Shown in pieces: positions 48,893-62,199 of a stretch of 64,000 nt of DNA. The position numbers and the translations under genes are program-made. This stretch comes from Rhynchobatus australiae (taxonomy: Eukaryota), in the NCBI GenBank assembly GCA_034780895.1, contig JAUZTB010000064.1, positions 54,197,657-54,261,656 on the forward strand, in the 5' to 3' direction. The notes beneath the pieces were generated by a model. The model made no database searches, was not told the origin of the DNA, and saw only the letters and a program-made list of their open reading frames with translations. Numbering within the stretch: position 1 is the first letter of the stretch; every line of letters begins with the position of its first letter.

Positions 48893-50769
48893 AAGTTTTC
48901 TGAGCCAAGAGACAGAATTCCAAATCCTAGCACGCTGTGGAGTTTTAACCCCTAGGCATGAGCCTTTTATTTTAAAAAAATCAGGTTCCCCAGGCAGAAT
49001 CTATCTGAAGACATGATATGTACCCCAGAGGAAGCTGGAACCAAGAGTAAAAAATCTTTAAGATCACAGGATGTCCAATCCCAGACTCCAGAGTATGTCC
49101 AAACACTGACCTCAGATGATGGTATCTCTGAATAGGGTAGGGGTAGAGTATTCTGATAATGTCAATGGAATGGAGTAGTGTAGGGGTAAACTAAAAGAGT
49201 CAGCAAGTAAAATGGGTCAGGAAGAAGCACTCCTGCTCCTCCTGGTCTATAAACAGAGCTAGTAAAACATTTAACCTTTTCCTTAAAGCTGTCCTCAACT
49301 CCTTCAAACTGGTTCCTCAGCTCCCTTGAACTGAGTCAAAGCTGCATAACAAATTCTGTGCAAAGATCACAGTCTCATTATAATATTTAAATAGACTGTC
49401 TGCTTAAAGGAAGCAGATTCACTCTCTACCTCCATCTCATTCCTTTTAAGCCAAGAATTTGGAGAGATGTAAGATTTAGGAAATTAACGTCACACCACAT
49501 CAAAATCAGTAATTTAAACCTAAAATTATCATAGTTATTCAGTTTATTGAGACTTCAAAGCGTGAATGTGAATTGAATCTTTATAAATTGACATACCATA
49601 AATATTTTATTAATGCACATTTTATAATTTACCCATTTCTGGGAATTTGTGTGTTGTGACTTTTTGTAACAGCTTAAAGAGTCAGTGTAATGTGTAGTGT
49701 CTGAAAAGTTAATGAGAGCTGAAAGCTTTATTTTGAATTTTTTTGTGAGCAAACAGGTGAGCACACAGATGCAGGCATAAAACCAAGGGACGCAACAAAT
49801 ATATGTCCAGAGGAGATGTCCTTACAATCTTCTGAAATCATTCCTTGGGCCCCTTTTAGTCACAAAACAGTAAGCTATGGTGCTAAACATGTGTCCTGGT
49901 GCAGTGGTCCAGGATCAATATACTTCTGTTAGAATAACTGGCACTTTATGAGGTCATTTGGATGCATGTGCTATATTTGTAGAGAGTATGGTATGCCTGT
50001 ATTATTTACTTAGCACTTTGCTCTCACTTGACACTTTCAATTCCATTTTTTCTTTGCCAAGGGTTTTTACAAATTACTGTCTTGCAAGCTATAAACTACT
50101 TACTATTCAGCACTCAGCAATGCCATCACTTGGGAGTCTAGCAAGTATGTCATTCACTTTATTCATGCACAAAATAAAACAATGCAGCTAGAAATGGGTA
50201 AAGGAAATAGAAATGCATGCTATGTGCATTGGAAAAATTTCTGGAATCACCTCAGAGTTTCATTGAAACTACAAATGATTGACATTGTGGTAGCAATGCA
50301 TAATTAGTAATAACTTTAGAAGTGAGAGAAATTAGAATACTAATCTTGTCATAAAACTACTTTTTGTAGTGAAAATACATCAACCTTTTTGTTTCCATTA
50401 AAGGTGAGTTACACAGAAAATGTCAGTGTGTCATGCAGCACTTGGGGCAACAATTTAAATTGATAAATTTTTTAAATCAATTGAATAGCATAATGCTATT
50501 TTATTAACATAATTTATAACTAGAGACNNNNNNNNNNNNNNNNNNNNNNNNNNNNNNNNNNNNNNNNNNNNNNNNNNNNNNNNNNNNNNNNNNNNNNNNN
50601 NNNNNNNNNNNNNNNNNNNNNNNNNNNTTGTTTACAGTTTTTTATTTAATTATGTGATGGAACTTGTGGGTAGTAAACAGAGAGAAAAATATGGCAATTA
50701 TAGGTGGTCCAAAACATAAACAATCAATGAATCTGTTATGTATTTTGATTTTACAAAAGATTTGAAAAA

Positions 50770-51850
50770 ATGATCATATGAAATAGGATCAGCCAGAAGT
50801 CATGCAACTTCTCAAGCCTTATCTGCTATTTTAAGATCACATCTCATTCTCCACCTCCACTAATTTCATCCTCGGACTCATTCCTTCATTCTCTCAGTTT
50901 ATATAAATAAAAAAACCTATTTATCTCAGTCTTAACTATATTCAACAGCCAGGCACCCAGCGCCCTTGGGTAAAGAGAACTACAAAGACTCTCTTAGTTC
51001 CCTGAGTGATGAAATGCCTCTCATCACATGTTAAATGGCTGACCTCTAATCCTGATATTGTTCATCCTAGGATTTGACTCCAGACCCATGGAAAATGATT
51101 GGTCAGCATTCATTCTGTCAATCCCCCTCAGAACCTTGCATATTTAAATGAGTTCCACTCTCATTTTTCTAAACTCTGCGAATACAAATCCATCCTGTTC
51201 AATCTCTGCTCTTAGGATAACACCCCAAAAGCAAATCTAGACTCCACATTGAGTATCTCTTCATTTAGATAGAGACCAAAACTTCACACAGGTAAGTTCT
51301 TATTAAAATACTGTTCCATTTCAGACTTGCACTCAAAAATCAACATACAATTTACCTTCCAAGTCACTTGCCATGCCTGCACATTAGTGTTGGTTTCGTG
51401 AATTTGCATCCAAAGGTCCCACTGTACACCAACATTTACCATAGCTTCTCACCATTTGAAAATATTCTGTTTGTTCATTCTTCCTACATTTTTGTACATT
51501 AACATCCATCTTATATCTCTTTGTCCATTAACTATCTATCTTTCCTTGCAGACCTCTGCACTAGCAATGTTTCCACCGGCAAACTTGAAAACACTGAACT
51601 CTGCCCTGAAATCTAAGCCATAATATAGATTTGTAAGTAGCTGAGGAAGTCAGTACTCATCTTTGGAGATTCCATAAACAACCAATTATCAAAATAACCC
51701 TTATATTTCCACTTTATGTATTCTGACCTTTAACCAGTCCTCTATCCGTCCAAATGTATTATCTCCATTCCAACGAACCATTTTATGTGGTACCTCATCA
51801 AATGCCTTTTGAATTTTTTTTATACACATTAATTTACTCTATTAATTACA
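50770..51850 (-). mobile_element. Old CR1 3' portion
   Basis: Decayed reverse-complement similarity to the CR1 ORF2 end and tail at 25250-26546. Confidence 0.65.
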
Positions 51851-51914
51851 CCTTCAACTTTCAAAAGTGTATAAAAATAATTAGACTGGGACCCATTCAC
51901 TATCTTAAAAATTC

Positions 51915-52175
51915 AATCCATCCACCAGCAACACACTGTGACTGCACCACATATCCTTTACAAACTCCAGTCCAGCTTCCAAGGCATCTTCAGCAGCACT
52001 GTTGAAGCCAATGACCTCCATCATATGAGGAGAAGAAAGGTAAGAGGGCCAAGCAAATGTAATTTCCTCCAAGTCACCGCACCACATTGACTGGTGGACA
52101 ATAAACGTGCAATTTTTCATAATTTTCATTGATTTAAAACTATTGTCACTTGCCTCCAATAACCACCATTTCAAG
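51915..52175 (+). mobile_element. Ancient CR1/L2-group LINE 3' fragment
   Basis: CCAAGGCATCTTCAGCAGCAC...CCTCCAAGTCAC..ACCA resembles a recalled chondrichthyan LINE 3' region. Confidence 0.5.
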
Positions 52176-52303
52176 AATTGTGCTCCATATGAAAATCAAT
52201 TAATGGTAATTAACTCTGTGAATGCAAGGTGCCTTGGACATTGCTGAAGTTTTTTTTCCTGGTTTTGTGTTTCTCATTTTGTATCTCTAAACCATAAATA
52301 TGA

Positions 52304-52644
52304 GTGGCACAATGGTGCAGCTGGTAGAGCTGCTGCCTCACTGTTCCAGTAACCCAAGTTAGATCTTGGCCTCTGGTGCTGTATGTGTGGAGTTTGCACA
52401 GTTTTCCTGTGGCCACGCGGGTTTCCTTCCACATCCCAAACACGTGCGGGTTGATAGGCTACAGTAATTGGCCACAGTAAAACTCCCACTCAAGTGCAGG
52501 TAAGTGCTACAATCTGAAGAGTATTGATAGGAATGCAGGGAGAATAAAATGGAATTAATGCAGGATTGGCACAGATGGGTGCTTGATGGTCAGGATAGAC
52601 TCGGTGGGCTGAAGGGCCTGTTCCTATGGCATATGACTCTATGA
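52304..52644 (+). mobile_element. V-SINE with CR1-type tail
   Basis: tRNA-like head GGTGCAGCTGGTAGAGC, V-domain TGTGTGGAGTTTGCAC..., tail GGGCTGAAGGGCCTGTT...GACTCTATGA. Confidence 0.85.
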
Positions 52645-54334
52645 TAATAGATCTGTGGCAGCAATGCCATATTTTTCTACATTATGATAATGTCACATGG
52701 CTTATTCACTGTAATTCTCCTGTGATTTTGAAGGAAGGATACCAGATGGAGGTGTTCCAAGCATTTCAGGTTGTACATGGGGCCATCAGCTAATGCTCCA
52801 TCTCATATAAAAGTAGAGTGAACTGTAGATACATTCAGTTTAGAGGACAAAATGTTGAACTTTTACAGCTTTCCAAGATTCCCAGAAGGTTACTGACTGC
52901 ACCATATATTCCATTAACAGGATGCAGTTAGCGGTCTGAATTTTAAAGTATGCCAGGTGTAAGTTTAACTTCAGGTGCACAATGGGCATACATTGGGCAG
53001 AGGTGTTTAATTGCTAACACTGTGAATTCTGCACCACTTTCAAGCCCTCAGCTCTCTCACACAACTCACCTAGGGGGCCTTGGAGCACCAGAAGCACTCC
53101 ACTGTATCTTGGTGGGGACAGGTGGGGGTGAGCATTGCAGAGAGGCAAAAATCAATCAGTTCCTATCTTGACTCAAAGTTGGAACCCAGGGTAAGTTTAT
53201 CAAATATCTTCCCATGTCCTTATTTTACCGACAATATTACATTTCAGGTTGGCTCCTATGTGACCGAGACTATTCCTTCAGCTAAAGTTTACATCTCCGG
53301 TTTCTTAAGAGCGGAACTAATATTAAAGTACCAGCCCCAACACCAGATACTGTTTAATAACATTGATATTTTGGAGGAAAACTTGGATGTATCTGGAGCA
53401 TTTAGTAAAAGCCCTGGCTGCTGTGGGACCCTTGTCTTCAACAAAGGATTGTGAAGATTGACACAGAGCAAGGAAAGATCCCATAAACAGCAGGAAGAGT
53501 TGCAGTGATGAGAAAACACTGCCAGGAAAGAAGTCTTTGTCAGTTGTGAGAGGAATTTGCGCAGCTCTCATATGGGACACCTTCTCCCAACCAAAATGAA
53601 CAGTTTTATCCATATCTTTCCAAATCTCCTTTGCACATATATCTTCAGCTACAATACCACACATTTTCAACAAATCTGCAATAATGCCACTTGATGAAAC
53701 TTGCTCCTTAGCTTTGCCAAGAATGTTCTCTGAATAAACATCTTCAGAGCAATCACATTTTTAATCTCCAAACATTGGAATGGAATTTCCTGCCGGGGCA
53801 TTCATGGAAAGATACATTCTAAATGCTGCCTATTCATGCACCTATGGTGCTGATGTCTACTTTCACCTAAATGTTCTTCCAAATTCACTAACATGCACGA
53901 AAATGGGTATAAACAAGTAGAAATCCACAAAACCTATCGGGCCTAAATGCAGCTCATTCCATTTATTCTTTTTATGAATAAGAAAATTAAGTTCTCAGGC
54001 CATCCAACTATTATTTCTGCACAATAGCCACAGCAAGTTTAACAGCATGCAGAAGTAAAAATTTTTCAGTTTTGAATGTGAAATATATCAATACCACAAA
54101 ATGTAAGCAAAGAAAAGGAAACTACAGTTCATACGTTACTGAGCATAAATAAACTTTTTCTTGAAATTTATGGTTTTTTGAAAGATTTGTTTGTTTCCTG
54201 CTGTACAGAATATTGAGCTTAATTTTACATCCATTTTTAGCATGTGCATTTGCAGTAAACATGTTTCTTTTAACTGGGGTGGAACAATTGCAATGAGTTG
54301 AGAGGCATTCAGGCAAACACACAAATGAACAGAC

Positions 54335-55125
54335 ATATAAATTAGAAGCAGGATTAGGCCGCTCAGTCCTCAAGTCTGTTCACTATTCATACTGCTCTGA
54401 TTGAAAACTCAGTTCCATGTCCCATATATCTCAGGTAACCTTTCAACCTCTTGCTTATCAAGAATCCACTTAACTTTGTCTTACAAATATTCAAGGACTT
54501 TGCTTCTACCACCTTTTAGTGAAAAGAATTTCAAAGACTCAAGACACTGAGTGAAAAATGCATGCCTCATCACTACCTTAAATGTATGGTGTCTCTTTTT
54601 TTAAAAAACAACATTGACCCCTATTTCTATATTCCCACAAAAGGAAACATTTTCTCCACAACAACCCTGTCAAGATGCCCCAGGATCTTAAGCACATACA
54701 ATCTGCTGGAGGAATTCAGTGGGTCATGCAACATCTGTGGAAGGAAAGAATTGTTGACGTTTTGGGTTGAAACCCTGCACCGGTGAGTCCTGATGCAGGG
54801 TTTCTATCCAAAACATCAACAATTCCTTTCCTTACACAGATGCTGCTTGATTCATGGAGATCTTCCAGCAGATTGTGTGTTGCTCCAGATTCCAGCATCT
54901 GCAGTCTCTTGTGCCCCCCCCAGGATCTTACATATTTCAATCATCCCCACTCACTCTTCTCACCTTCAACATATGCATGCTTAGCCCGTGACACCTTTCT
55001 TTATAAGACAACCACTTATTTTTGGAATCAGTCCAATAAACCTCCTCTGTTCTGCTTCCAATGCATTTACATCCTTTCTTAGGTAAGGAGACCAATATGG
55101 TGCACAATACTACAGTGTGAGACAA
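54335..55125 (-). mobile_element. Old CR1 3' portion interrupted by a Penelope-derived insert
   Basis: CR1 tail at ~54340; ORF2-end similarity resumes at 54931 after the insert. Confidence 0.75.
54691..54917. mobile_element. 227-bp fold-back Penelope pLTR-derived insertion with 13-bp TSD
   Basis: CCCCAGGATCTTA is duplicated at 54678-54690 and 54918-54930. Arms of about 90 bp are inverted about ~54785, and each carries a decayed hammerhead-like motif. Confidence 0.85.
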
Positions 55126-58029
55126 GTATTTGATAAACGAGCATTGGACAGCAAAGAAATATGCCTGTAGAATAATTGTATTCTTGTGAATAAGTTTATA
55201 TTATCACAAAGAATTTATTTTTCCTATTCACACCAAATGCACTTGCCTCTGGTTGAAAAGTTTAAGAAGGCAGAAGCTGTGGTCTTTGATTTCCATAATT
55301 ACCATGTTCCTTTGGTTTCCAAGACAGTAGCTAACAAGGTGGTGCTTGTTGTTGCAGGAGTTTCTTCATGCCACACCCAGGAAATGACTGCAAGATTTCC
55401 TTAGGGCAGTGTNNNNNNNNNNNNNNNNNNNNNNNNNNNNNNNNNNNNNNNNNNNNNNNNNNNNNNNNNNNNNNNNNNNNGGACATTTGCTGACCACTGG
55501 CCTTTTTGGGCTGGACAACACACCACATTGCTTGAATGACAGCATAATATCTCACTGTCCAATAATGCAATTCTATGAAACACAGTTTCTTAACTTGAGT
55601 GACCCAATCGAATTTATGCTCATGAATACAGGGACAGACCTTTGCTCTATAACCAAGGAAGGTTCATCTGTAGCTACAAGCAACCCAACAGTTTATATCC
55701 ATAACCTGGAGAGACCCTCCTGCATTGATACTTAACACTAATGCACTCAGCCAGTTGTAGCAGTGCTCATGCAGATGACAATCTTGATGTCTTCAGTTGA
55801 TAAACCGATTCTTAATATAATGTTGGTAATTTATTCTGCATGCGCACTGTAAATTCCATTTTATATGCCCAACTCCACTTCATCAGTCTCCAAATCCAGA
55901 CTATGGATAGTACTCCAAAAGCTGTTCCACACTTTTTCCCTCCGGCAAATGTGGATGACCTTCTCTGCTTGTGGTTGACTTCTTGATAGACCTGCATAGC
56001 CCTGTCACAAGGAAGTGACACCTCTTGAAGGAACAACGTTGGATTGTCTTGAACAGTACTCCAAGGCCAGGTGACTTCCATGACAGCTTTAGCAAGGTCT
56101 CCTGTAGCAAGGGTTTGAATTGCTACTGCTATCCCATATTCTATGCATTGTATGAATAGGGTTGTAGTGTAAAGAACCTGTTGACAGTATCACAATTAGC
56201 CAGAAACACAGCCAAGAGTAGCAGCCTACAGATCAGCCAGGAATACATCATGGGCCATTGAACTTTTGAACTTGGTTAAACCTGGCACAAGTATCTTGGT
56301 GGACATGTGTTTAATACAGATTTTAAGGTTTCATTGTGAAATAGTTTATCACTGATCAGTCAGAAGCAAAGTCCCAGTGAAATGAAAGTAGCCTGGTGTT
56401 TTAGCCAATAACCAGCCCTTAATGGAACCCAGGGGAAGGCATGACTAACCCGAGTCCTTGGCATGAATCTTTCAGTTTCTTTTTACATAAAACACGATGA
56501 AAATCAAACTCAGACTTGTCCGTTGAGATGGTACAGTAATCAGTCATGAAGAACAAATATGTTTTATGTCTGCTTCTGTCAGTGAGGGCATAATTCAAAC
56601 TACAAGTATCTCTACAATCCTCCAGGCAAGCTTCCAGTCTATGTATAATTGTACATTTTAAGGCCATCTGTTTGTTATTACTATTCTTCCTTTCATTCTC
56701 ATATTTATTTCCCTTGTGAAACTTTACCAGGCATGAACTAGATCAACTGTTTCTTTTAAACACAGCCCATAACATTTTTAAAGCATTCAGTGATTATATT
56801 TCAAATCAATGCCTTTTCTAAACATATATTTCCCCTTACACCCACTCACCCCCTCCCTCCTTCAAGGGATATCACCTCCTTGTGACCCTCGGAGTGCAGG
56901 GAAATGTCTCCAAGATTCCGTTCTGATATCAATGGTTGCTGGTCAAGAGATGACAGGATGTTCATTGCCACAGATTTACAAGGAACTATACAGTTTCCTA
57001 CATGGTATAATAAGTGTATGTTATGAGTGAATATCTGATTGGGTACTTTAGATTTCAATAATGCAATCAAAACTATAAAAGCTCCAGATGTATTAGATCT
57101 CAGTGAGAGTGTCTTCACTCTCTAAAATCTGATTTTAGTTCCTCCATCTCTGCCCTTGGTCCCTGATACACCCTCATCTTTTCTCCCTCAATTCGAAGAT
57201 GGCAAATCTGGTGGTGAATTAATTTCAACCAATAGGTCTTACCTCTTGTCTGCCAAGGTCCTCTACCACTAGAGTTAACCTAGGAAGCAAGGATAACCAC
57301 CTTTTCACCATGGTGTATTTATGTATGATATGTAAATAAGTCACCTCATCATAAGATGTAATGGCATAAGCATCATTTGTTCTGTATTCGCTGTTAGTTC
57401 ATAATAATGTACTCATCCTTGTTCTTATATTAGTGTAGGTAAATCTCACCAGCACTCCCACTATAGATCAAGGTCCAGCACAATTACATGAAGGTTGGTG
57501 ATAAGGATCTTCTTAATTACGGCCAGGGATTGACATCCACAGAAAAAGTCAGCAAGAAAACAATGCTGTTGCACCTCCAAAGAATTGCTCCTCATTCAAG
57601 CTCATGATGGGAGCCTGAGAAAATGCCATGGTCACAAGGGAGAACTGGCAGAAACGGCCCCAAGTGTTTGAGCTCCCAGATGTACCATAAGTAGCAGGAT
57701 TTGCATGAGTACTGGCAAGTTAACTTAATAAGAGAGGGAGCAGGTATGCAAACTACAACATTTGTTCTTAAAACATTAGCCACTGATTAAGCAAGACAGG
57801 CACTGTTGGTCTGTAACATACTCAAAAATGCTGGCTATAAACACAAAACGCACAGGAAGCTTGTGAACAGCAGGACCATTTTGGGGAGAAAGGAAAAATA
57901 TGGCAGCTGAAAAGATAGAGAAGCTGCATAGGCAGCCTGTGGAGTGTACAGCAAGAATCGTGAATCATTCCTTACTTACATGCAGAGGACAGAAAATATT
58001 TTCTCAGCTAATGATGTTCTTCAATTGAA

Positions 58030-58350
58030 ATGCTGCGTTTTTGACAGTTCCTGTTTTTTTCTCTCTGTTTAGATTTCCAGCATCTGAAAGTTTTGTTGTT
58101 TCAGTTGCTTTTTTAATTTCCCCTATCCTAATGTATCTCCTTCTATTCACGCCTCTTCCAGACAAATTAGTAACAATTATCAAACCTTCACTCACCTTCC
58201 AGGCGGCCACAATCTCAATGGTGTCACTCAGTCTCTCTTGGTTCCCAACAACTGACATTCCCTTTGTTTCTTTCTTCACGGATGCTGCCTGATGTGATGA
58301 GTTTTCCCTCGTGTTTTAGGTTTTCATATCAAATTTGCAGTATCTGCGTT
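58030..58350 (+). mobile_element. Old Penelope pLTR-like fragments
   Basis: AGATTTCCAGCATCTG (58071) and GGATGCTGCCTGA...CAGTATCTGC (58279-58347) match pLTR 3' words seen elsewhere in the window. Confidence 0.5.
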
Positions 58351-58399
58351 TTAGTTTTGCTTTTCAAAATGACTTGAAGTTAGACGTGTAGATACTTGT

Positions 58400-58930
58400 A
58401 CGACAGTGGGCATCCCATTGAAGAGCGGAGACAGATTTCTGTANNNNNNNNNNNNNNNNNNNNNNNNNNNNNNNNNNNNNNNNNNNNNNNNNNNNNNNNN
58501 NNNNNNNNNNNNNNNNNNNNNNNNNNNNNNNNNNNNNNNNNNNTAATACATGGAATACCAAAAAAGGTCAGTGTCCAACAATGGATACCAGTTCATTTCA
58601 CATTTGCTCGAGAGTTCCACAAGGTGAAATGGCATCAAACAATCATAAATTCCTCCTTCTCATCCTACTTCCAGTGGAGCAACAGGGAGATCTGTACATT
58701 AAAGAAGTCTTTTAGAAGCAAATATTGCTAGGTTCAAGCTTCATAATCAATCATAAGTTGACTAATTTCTTGTTTGAGTACTGCACCATGCCACATCTTA
58801 CCACAGATTTCACCCAAGTTAACCTGATAAAGCATTAATGCCTTCACATGCAACTGAATTTAGCACACTCTAACTTAGAAGGGAGAGTTAAGTGCAACAA
58901 TTAAAAAAGGTAATGAAGAAAGGCAATTCA
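58400..58930 (+). mobile_element. Possible ancient RTE LINE RT remnant
   Basis: IHGIPKK and SFHICSRVPQG resemble RTE YGIP.K and F.I..GV.QG motifs. Confidence 0.35.
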
Positions 58931-59165
58931 GAAAAAGTTAAAGCGTCAGAGGCATAAAATCAGTGACCAAGTGCAACACACACAAATGGGACACCAATAA
59001 TGTAGTTCAACAGTATTGATTCTATTGTCCACATCAGGAATGGATTTGTCATCACATTTCCCTTTTGATATCTTCAATATGTCCCTTGCTGTAATCTTCT
59101 GACTGACAGATGCTTCTGATCTTTTTTGAATGTGCACCAAATGCCATTTTGGATTATAGTCTTGG

Positions 59166-59208
59166 ACTATGGAATGTCTTGAGCTATGGAGCTATGGAAT
59201 GTCTTGAG
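59166..59208. repeat. Short local duplication
   Basis: CTATGGAATGTCTTGAG occurs twice, separated by CTATGGAG. Confidence 0.8.
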
Positions 59209-59330
59209 GCAGGAAACTATTCGTGCTCCATTTCAATGATCTAAAACCACCGCAAAGGAAGTGGTATCAACTAAGGAAGCCAATTGACAAACTCAGCAGG
59301 CCAGGCAGTATCCATTGAGAAAAGCAGGCG

Positions 59331-59364
59331 GTCAACATTTCGGGTCAGGACCCTTCTTCAGGAG
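59331..59364 (-). ncRNA. Minimal hammerhead ribozyme motif (inverted pLTR arm)
   Basis: Minus strand reads ctc-CTGAAGA-a-gggt-cctg-accc-GAAA-tg-tt-gac. Confidence 0.6.
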
Positions 59365-59725
59365 TGAAGATAGGAAGGGGGGGGGGGGGAAGCCCAATAT
59401 GTGGGAGGGAAAAACAGAGCAGTGATAGGTGGACAAAAGGCCTTGCAGCCTAACGGTATGAATATTGAATTCTCCCACCTTAGGTAATCTCCACAAACCC
59501 CCACTATGCTTCTTCTCTTCTTCCCTTTTTCCTGCGTCTTCTTACCTTTGACCCATCCCCTGGTGGATCTGCTCTCCCCTCCCCACACCTGCCTATCACT
59601 ATCTCTTACCTGCATCTACCTACCACCACCCCGTGCCGTGCCTACCCCGTCTCGCCCCTTTTGTCCACCGATCACAGCTCTGCTTTTCCCTCCTATATAT
59701 TGGGCTTCCCCCTTTCCTATCTTCA

Positions 59726-59759
59726 GTCCTGAAGAAAGGTCCTGGCCCGAAATGTTGAC
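59726..59759 (+). ncRNA. Minimal hammerhead ribozyme motif (direct pLTR)
   Basis: gtc-CTGAAGA-a-aggt-cctg-gccc-GAAA-tg-tt-gac; stem I intact, stem II with one mismatch and one G-U pair. Confidence 0.55.
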
Positions 59760-60339
59760 CACCTGCTTTTTCTCCACAGATGCTGCCTGGCCTGCTGAGT
59801 TCCTCCAGCGTCATCATGTTTTTAATCTAGTTTCCAGCATGTACAGTCCTTTGTTTCTCTAGTTGACAAACTAAACATGTGGTGACTATGTATATATCTG
59901 AAGAGTATTCACATGTTTGCATTCAAAGATGGAGAGCAGTGTGGTGTACATTCATGATAATGTAATAACCACCACAATGGTACCCTAGTTTGGGGTACAC
60001 TAATTTGTTATAGCTCTCTTGGCCTTCCACTCCAAACACTCACAAGTATGTTGCCCTTGTACTTTAATCCTTGTACTTCATATCCGCTCGGGCTGCACAC
60101 TGCATGCTACTCTCCTGGGCTGCTGCATAGCCCCGTGCCAGGAACCTATGCTGCTGTCCAGTGGCAGTCCCGCAGCATGCTCAGTATGGAGAGGCTGGTG
60201 TCAGGAGGGCTGGGTGTTTGTTGGAGGTGATGACCAGTACTGTAGGATTCAGTGAGGAAGATGGCATCTGTCAACATGAGGCAGCCAACGATAGTCCCCA
60301 TGACACTGTAAACAGTTCCTCTCTTTTTAAAGCTCCTTC

Positions 60340-60600
60340 TCCAAATATTTCTTACGCCCTGTGGCCATACAATTAGCCTCCCTCCCAAACTGTCCATTCC
60401 TCTCACTAAATGCCTCCAAATTAATATTCCTATTTTGTGTTAAATCTACTGATGGCCTTACTTTCTCTATCAGCATAACCACTACCTCCTTCACCCCAAA
60501 TTTGGGTAGAATACCTTCAGCCATTAGTCCAATATTTTGAAATTTCTTCCTGAAATATTGTTCTCTCTCCACTTTAATTCCCTCTTTGGAAACCAAAGCT
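60340..60600 (+). mobile_element. L2 LINE 3' fragment
   Basis: Decayed GR.FS...P.LWNSLP-like segment near 60505-60555. Confidence 0.5.
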
Positions 60601-60699
60601 CAGAAATTGTATTGTGTAAATACCCATTTCACTAAAAGAACCTTTTGATAAAGGCAGGTGAATAAGAAAGCAAACCTTTCATTATCATTAGTCTTTACA

Positions 60700-60945
60700 A
60701 ACCTCTTTCAGCTGTAGCTAACATCACTTGTGTAATTCAATATTTCCTGATCTCCATCACATNNNACATGCCCAGTCTTCACCCCTTTCTCTGTAACTTT
60801 TTAAATCTCCTACATGTCCTGGGTTCTGATTAAAAGTCACTGTCCTGAAATATTAACTCTGTTTCTCTTTCCACAAACACTGCCTAACTTGCTGTGCATT
60901 TCCTGCATTTTTGATTTTATATTGATTTCATCTATTTTGATTTCA
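60700..60945 (+). mobile_element. Old Penelope pLTR with decayed hammerhead
   Basis: GTTCTGATTAAAAGTCACTGTCCTGAAATATTAAC (60823-60857) followed by TCTGTTTCTCTTTCCACA. Confidence 0.6.
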
Positions 60946-61424
60946 GTGAGGAACAGATGGCATCTTGAGCACCTGGATTTCTCAAAACTACTGACTTCCC
61001 ATAAATACGGGTATTGACTGCACTCACATTCCCATGAGGTTCCCATTAATATATCTGACCATATATTAACAGAACAGGTTTCTATCTCCTCAAGCTGTGA
61101 GTTGTTGTGGATCATGAGAAGAATTTCTCCATGATGTTTCAGGAAGTTAGCATGTTTCCAGAAAGCATACATGTTTCCTTCATCCTGAGGGATTACACAC
61201 TAACAGAGCTTCTCAACCCCAGCACTGCCCAGAGGGATGGGCCTTGGGAGACAAGGGCTCTCCTTCCATAACTGCTCAGACCAGTCTGCTTTCTAACCGC
61301 AGCAGCTAAGACCAGGTACAACAAGCAGGCATCAGGAAAATACTATTAGTCCCCTGAAGATGAGATTTTGTTGCCTGCATTAATCTTGGGCACTTTGCAA
61401 TAAACACCAAGCACATGTGGAAAC

Positions 61425-61742
61425 TTCATCTAACAAATATTGCTACAACTATGCAGGGTACCGGAGAGGACACACATAGAATACTGTACACAGTTTTGAT
61501 CCCTTTATTTAAGAAAGGATATGCTGCTGTTGGAGGCAGTCCAAAAGTCATAGGCAAATTCCAGGACTGGGAGATTTGTCCTGTCATTACTGGCTAAAGA
61601 AATTAGTTCTATATTCATTGAAATTTTTTTTAAAGTATGAGGGCTTATTGAAAAATATAAGATCCTTAGGGGCCAGGACAGATTAGATGTTGAGATGTTT
61701 CCACTAGTGGGACAATTTTGAATGAGAGGACATAATTACTTG
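61425..61742 (+). mobile_element. Old CR1 ORF2 3' fragment
   Basis: Similar to 25940-26250 (GAATACTGTACACAGTTTTG...AGAAAGGATAT...). Confidence 0.7.
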
Positions 61743-62199
61743 CTTTACCAATCAAGGCCGGAGGAAGAGGAGCAGGAAGCCTTGGGCTCCCAAGGGTCAT
61801 AAGGCAAGTGGAGCTGGAAGGAGAAGGAATCTACCAGGAATATGCCTTGCTCAGCAGTCACAGGCTCCTCTACCAGCTGAGTGGAGGAAGGCAGCACTAG
61901 CCACACAAGATAAAAAGGACTCCCTCATACTAATAGATCTTCTTGAGAAGGCTGCAAAATAAAGTATGCCAATGCAAGGGACTTTCTCCAGACTACAATT
62001 CTTAACATCAACATAGTACACCAATGATCAACCATAAGAGCCCAGATGATGCACAAAATGTCCACTTTTCATTCTGTGCAGATCCACCTGCACTGAATAT
62101 AACATGAGTCCTCGCTCCAATTCAGTTGTTGTTGCAATATCTCTCCGTATTCTCTACAGTTCTGAGAGGATCTGCACACTGCAGGCAAAACCATGGGTC

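Larger units (their letters stand above)
59294..59862 (+). mobile_element. 5'-truncated Penelope-like element: inverted pLTR, GIY-YIG ORF end, pLTR, with 10-bp TSD
   Basis: ORF tail LQPNGMNIEFSHLR* (59443-59487). About 150-bp inverted repeat (59291-59440 vs 59658-59801). TTGACAAACT duplicated at 59284-59293 and 59863-59872. Confidence 0.9.

Noticed and set aside
53080-53760. Overlapping 124-aa (+) and ~145-codon (-) open frames
   Set aside because: No recognisable domain or consistent splice structure.
55500-56110. Minus-strand LLQETLL...GKSVEQLLE resembling a LINE endonuclease
   Set aside because: Only two short motifs with doubtful spacing; too weak to call.
57243-57279. 37-nt minus-strand segment with good acceptor and GTAAGA donor
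   Set aside because: Too short, not frame-preserving, no recognisable peptide; expected by chance.
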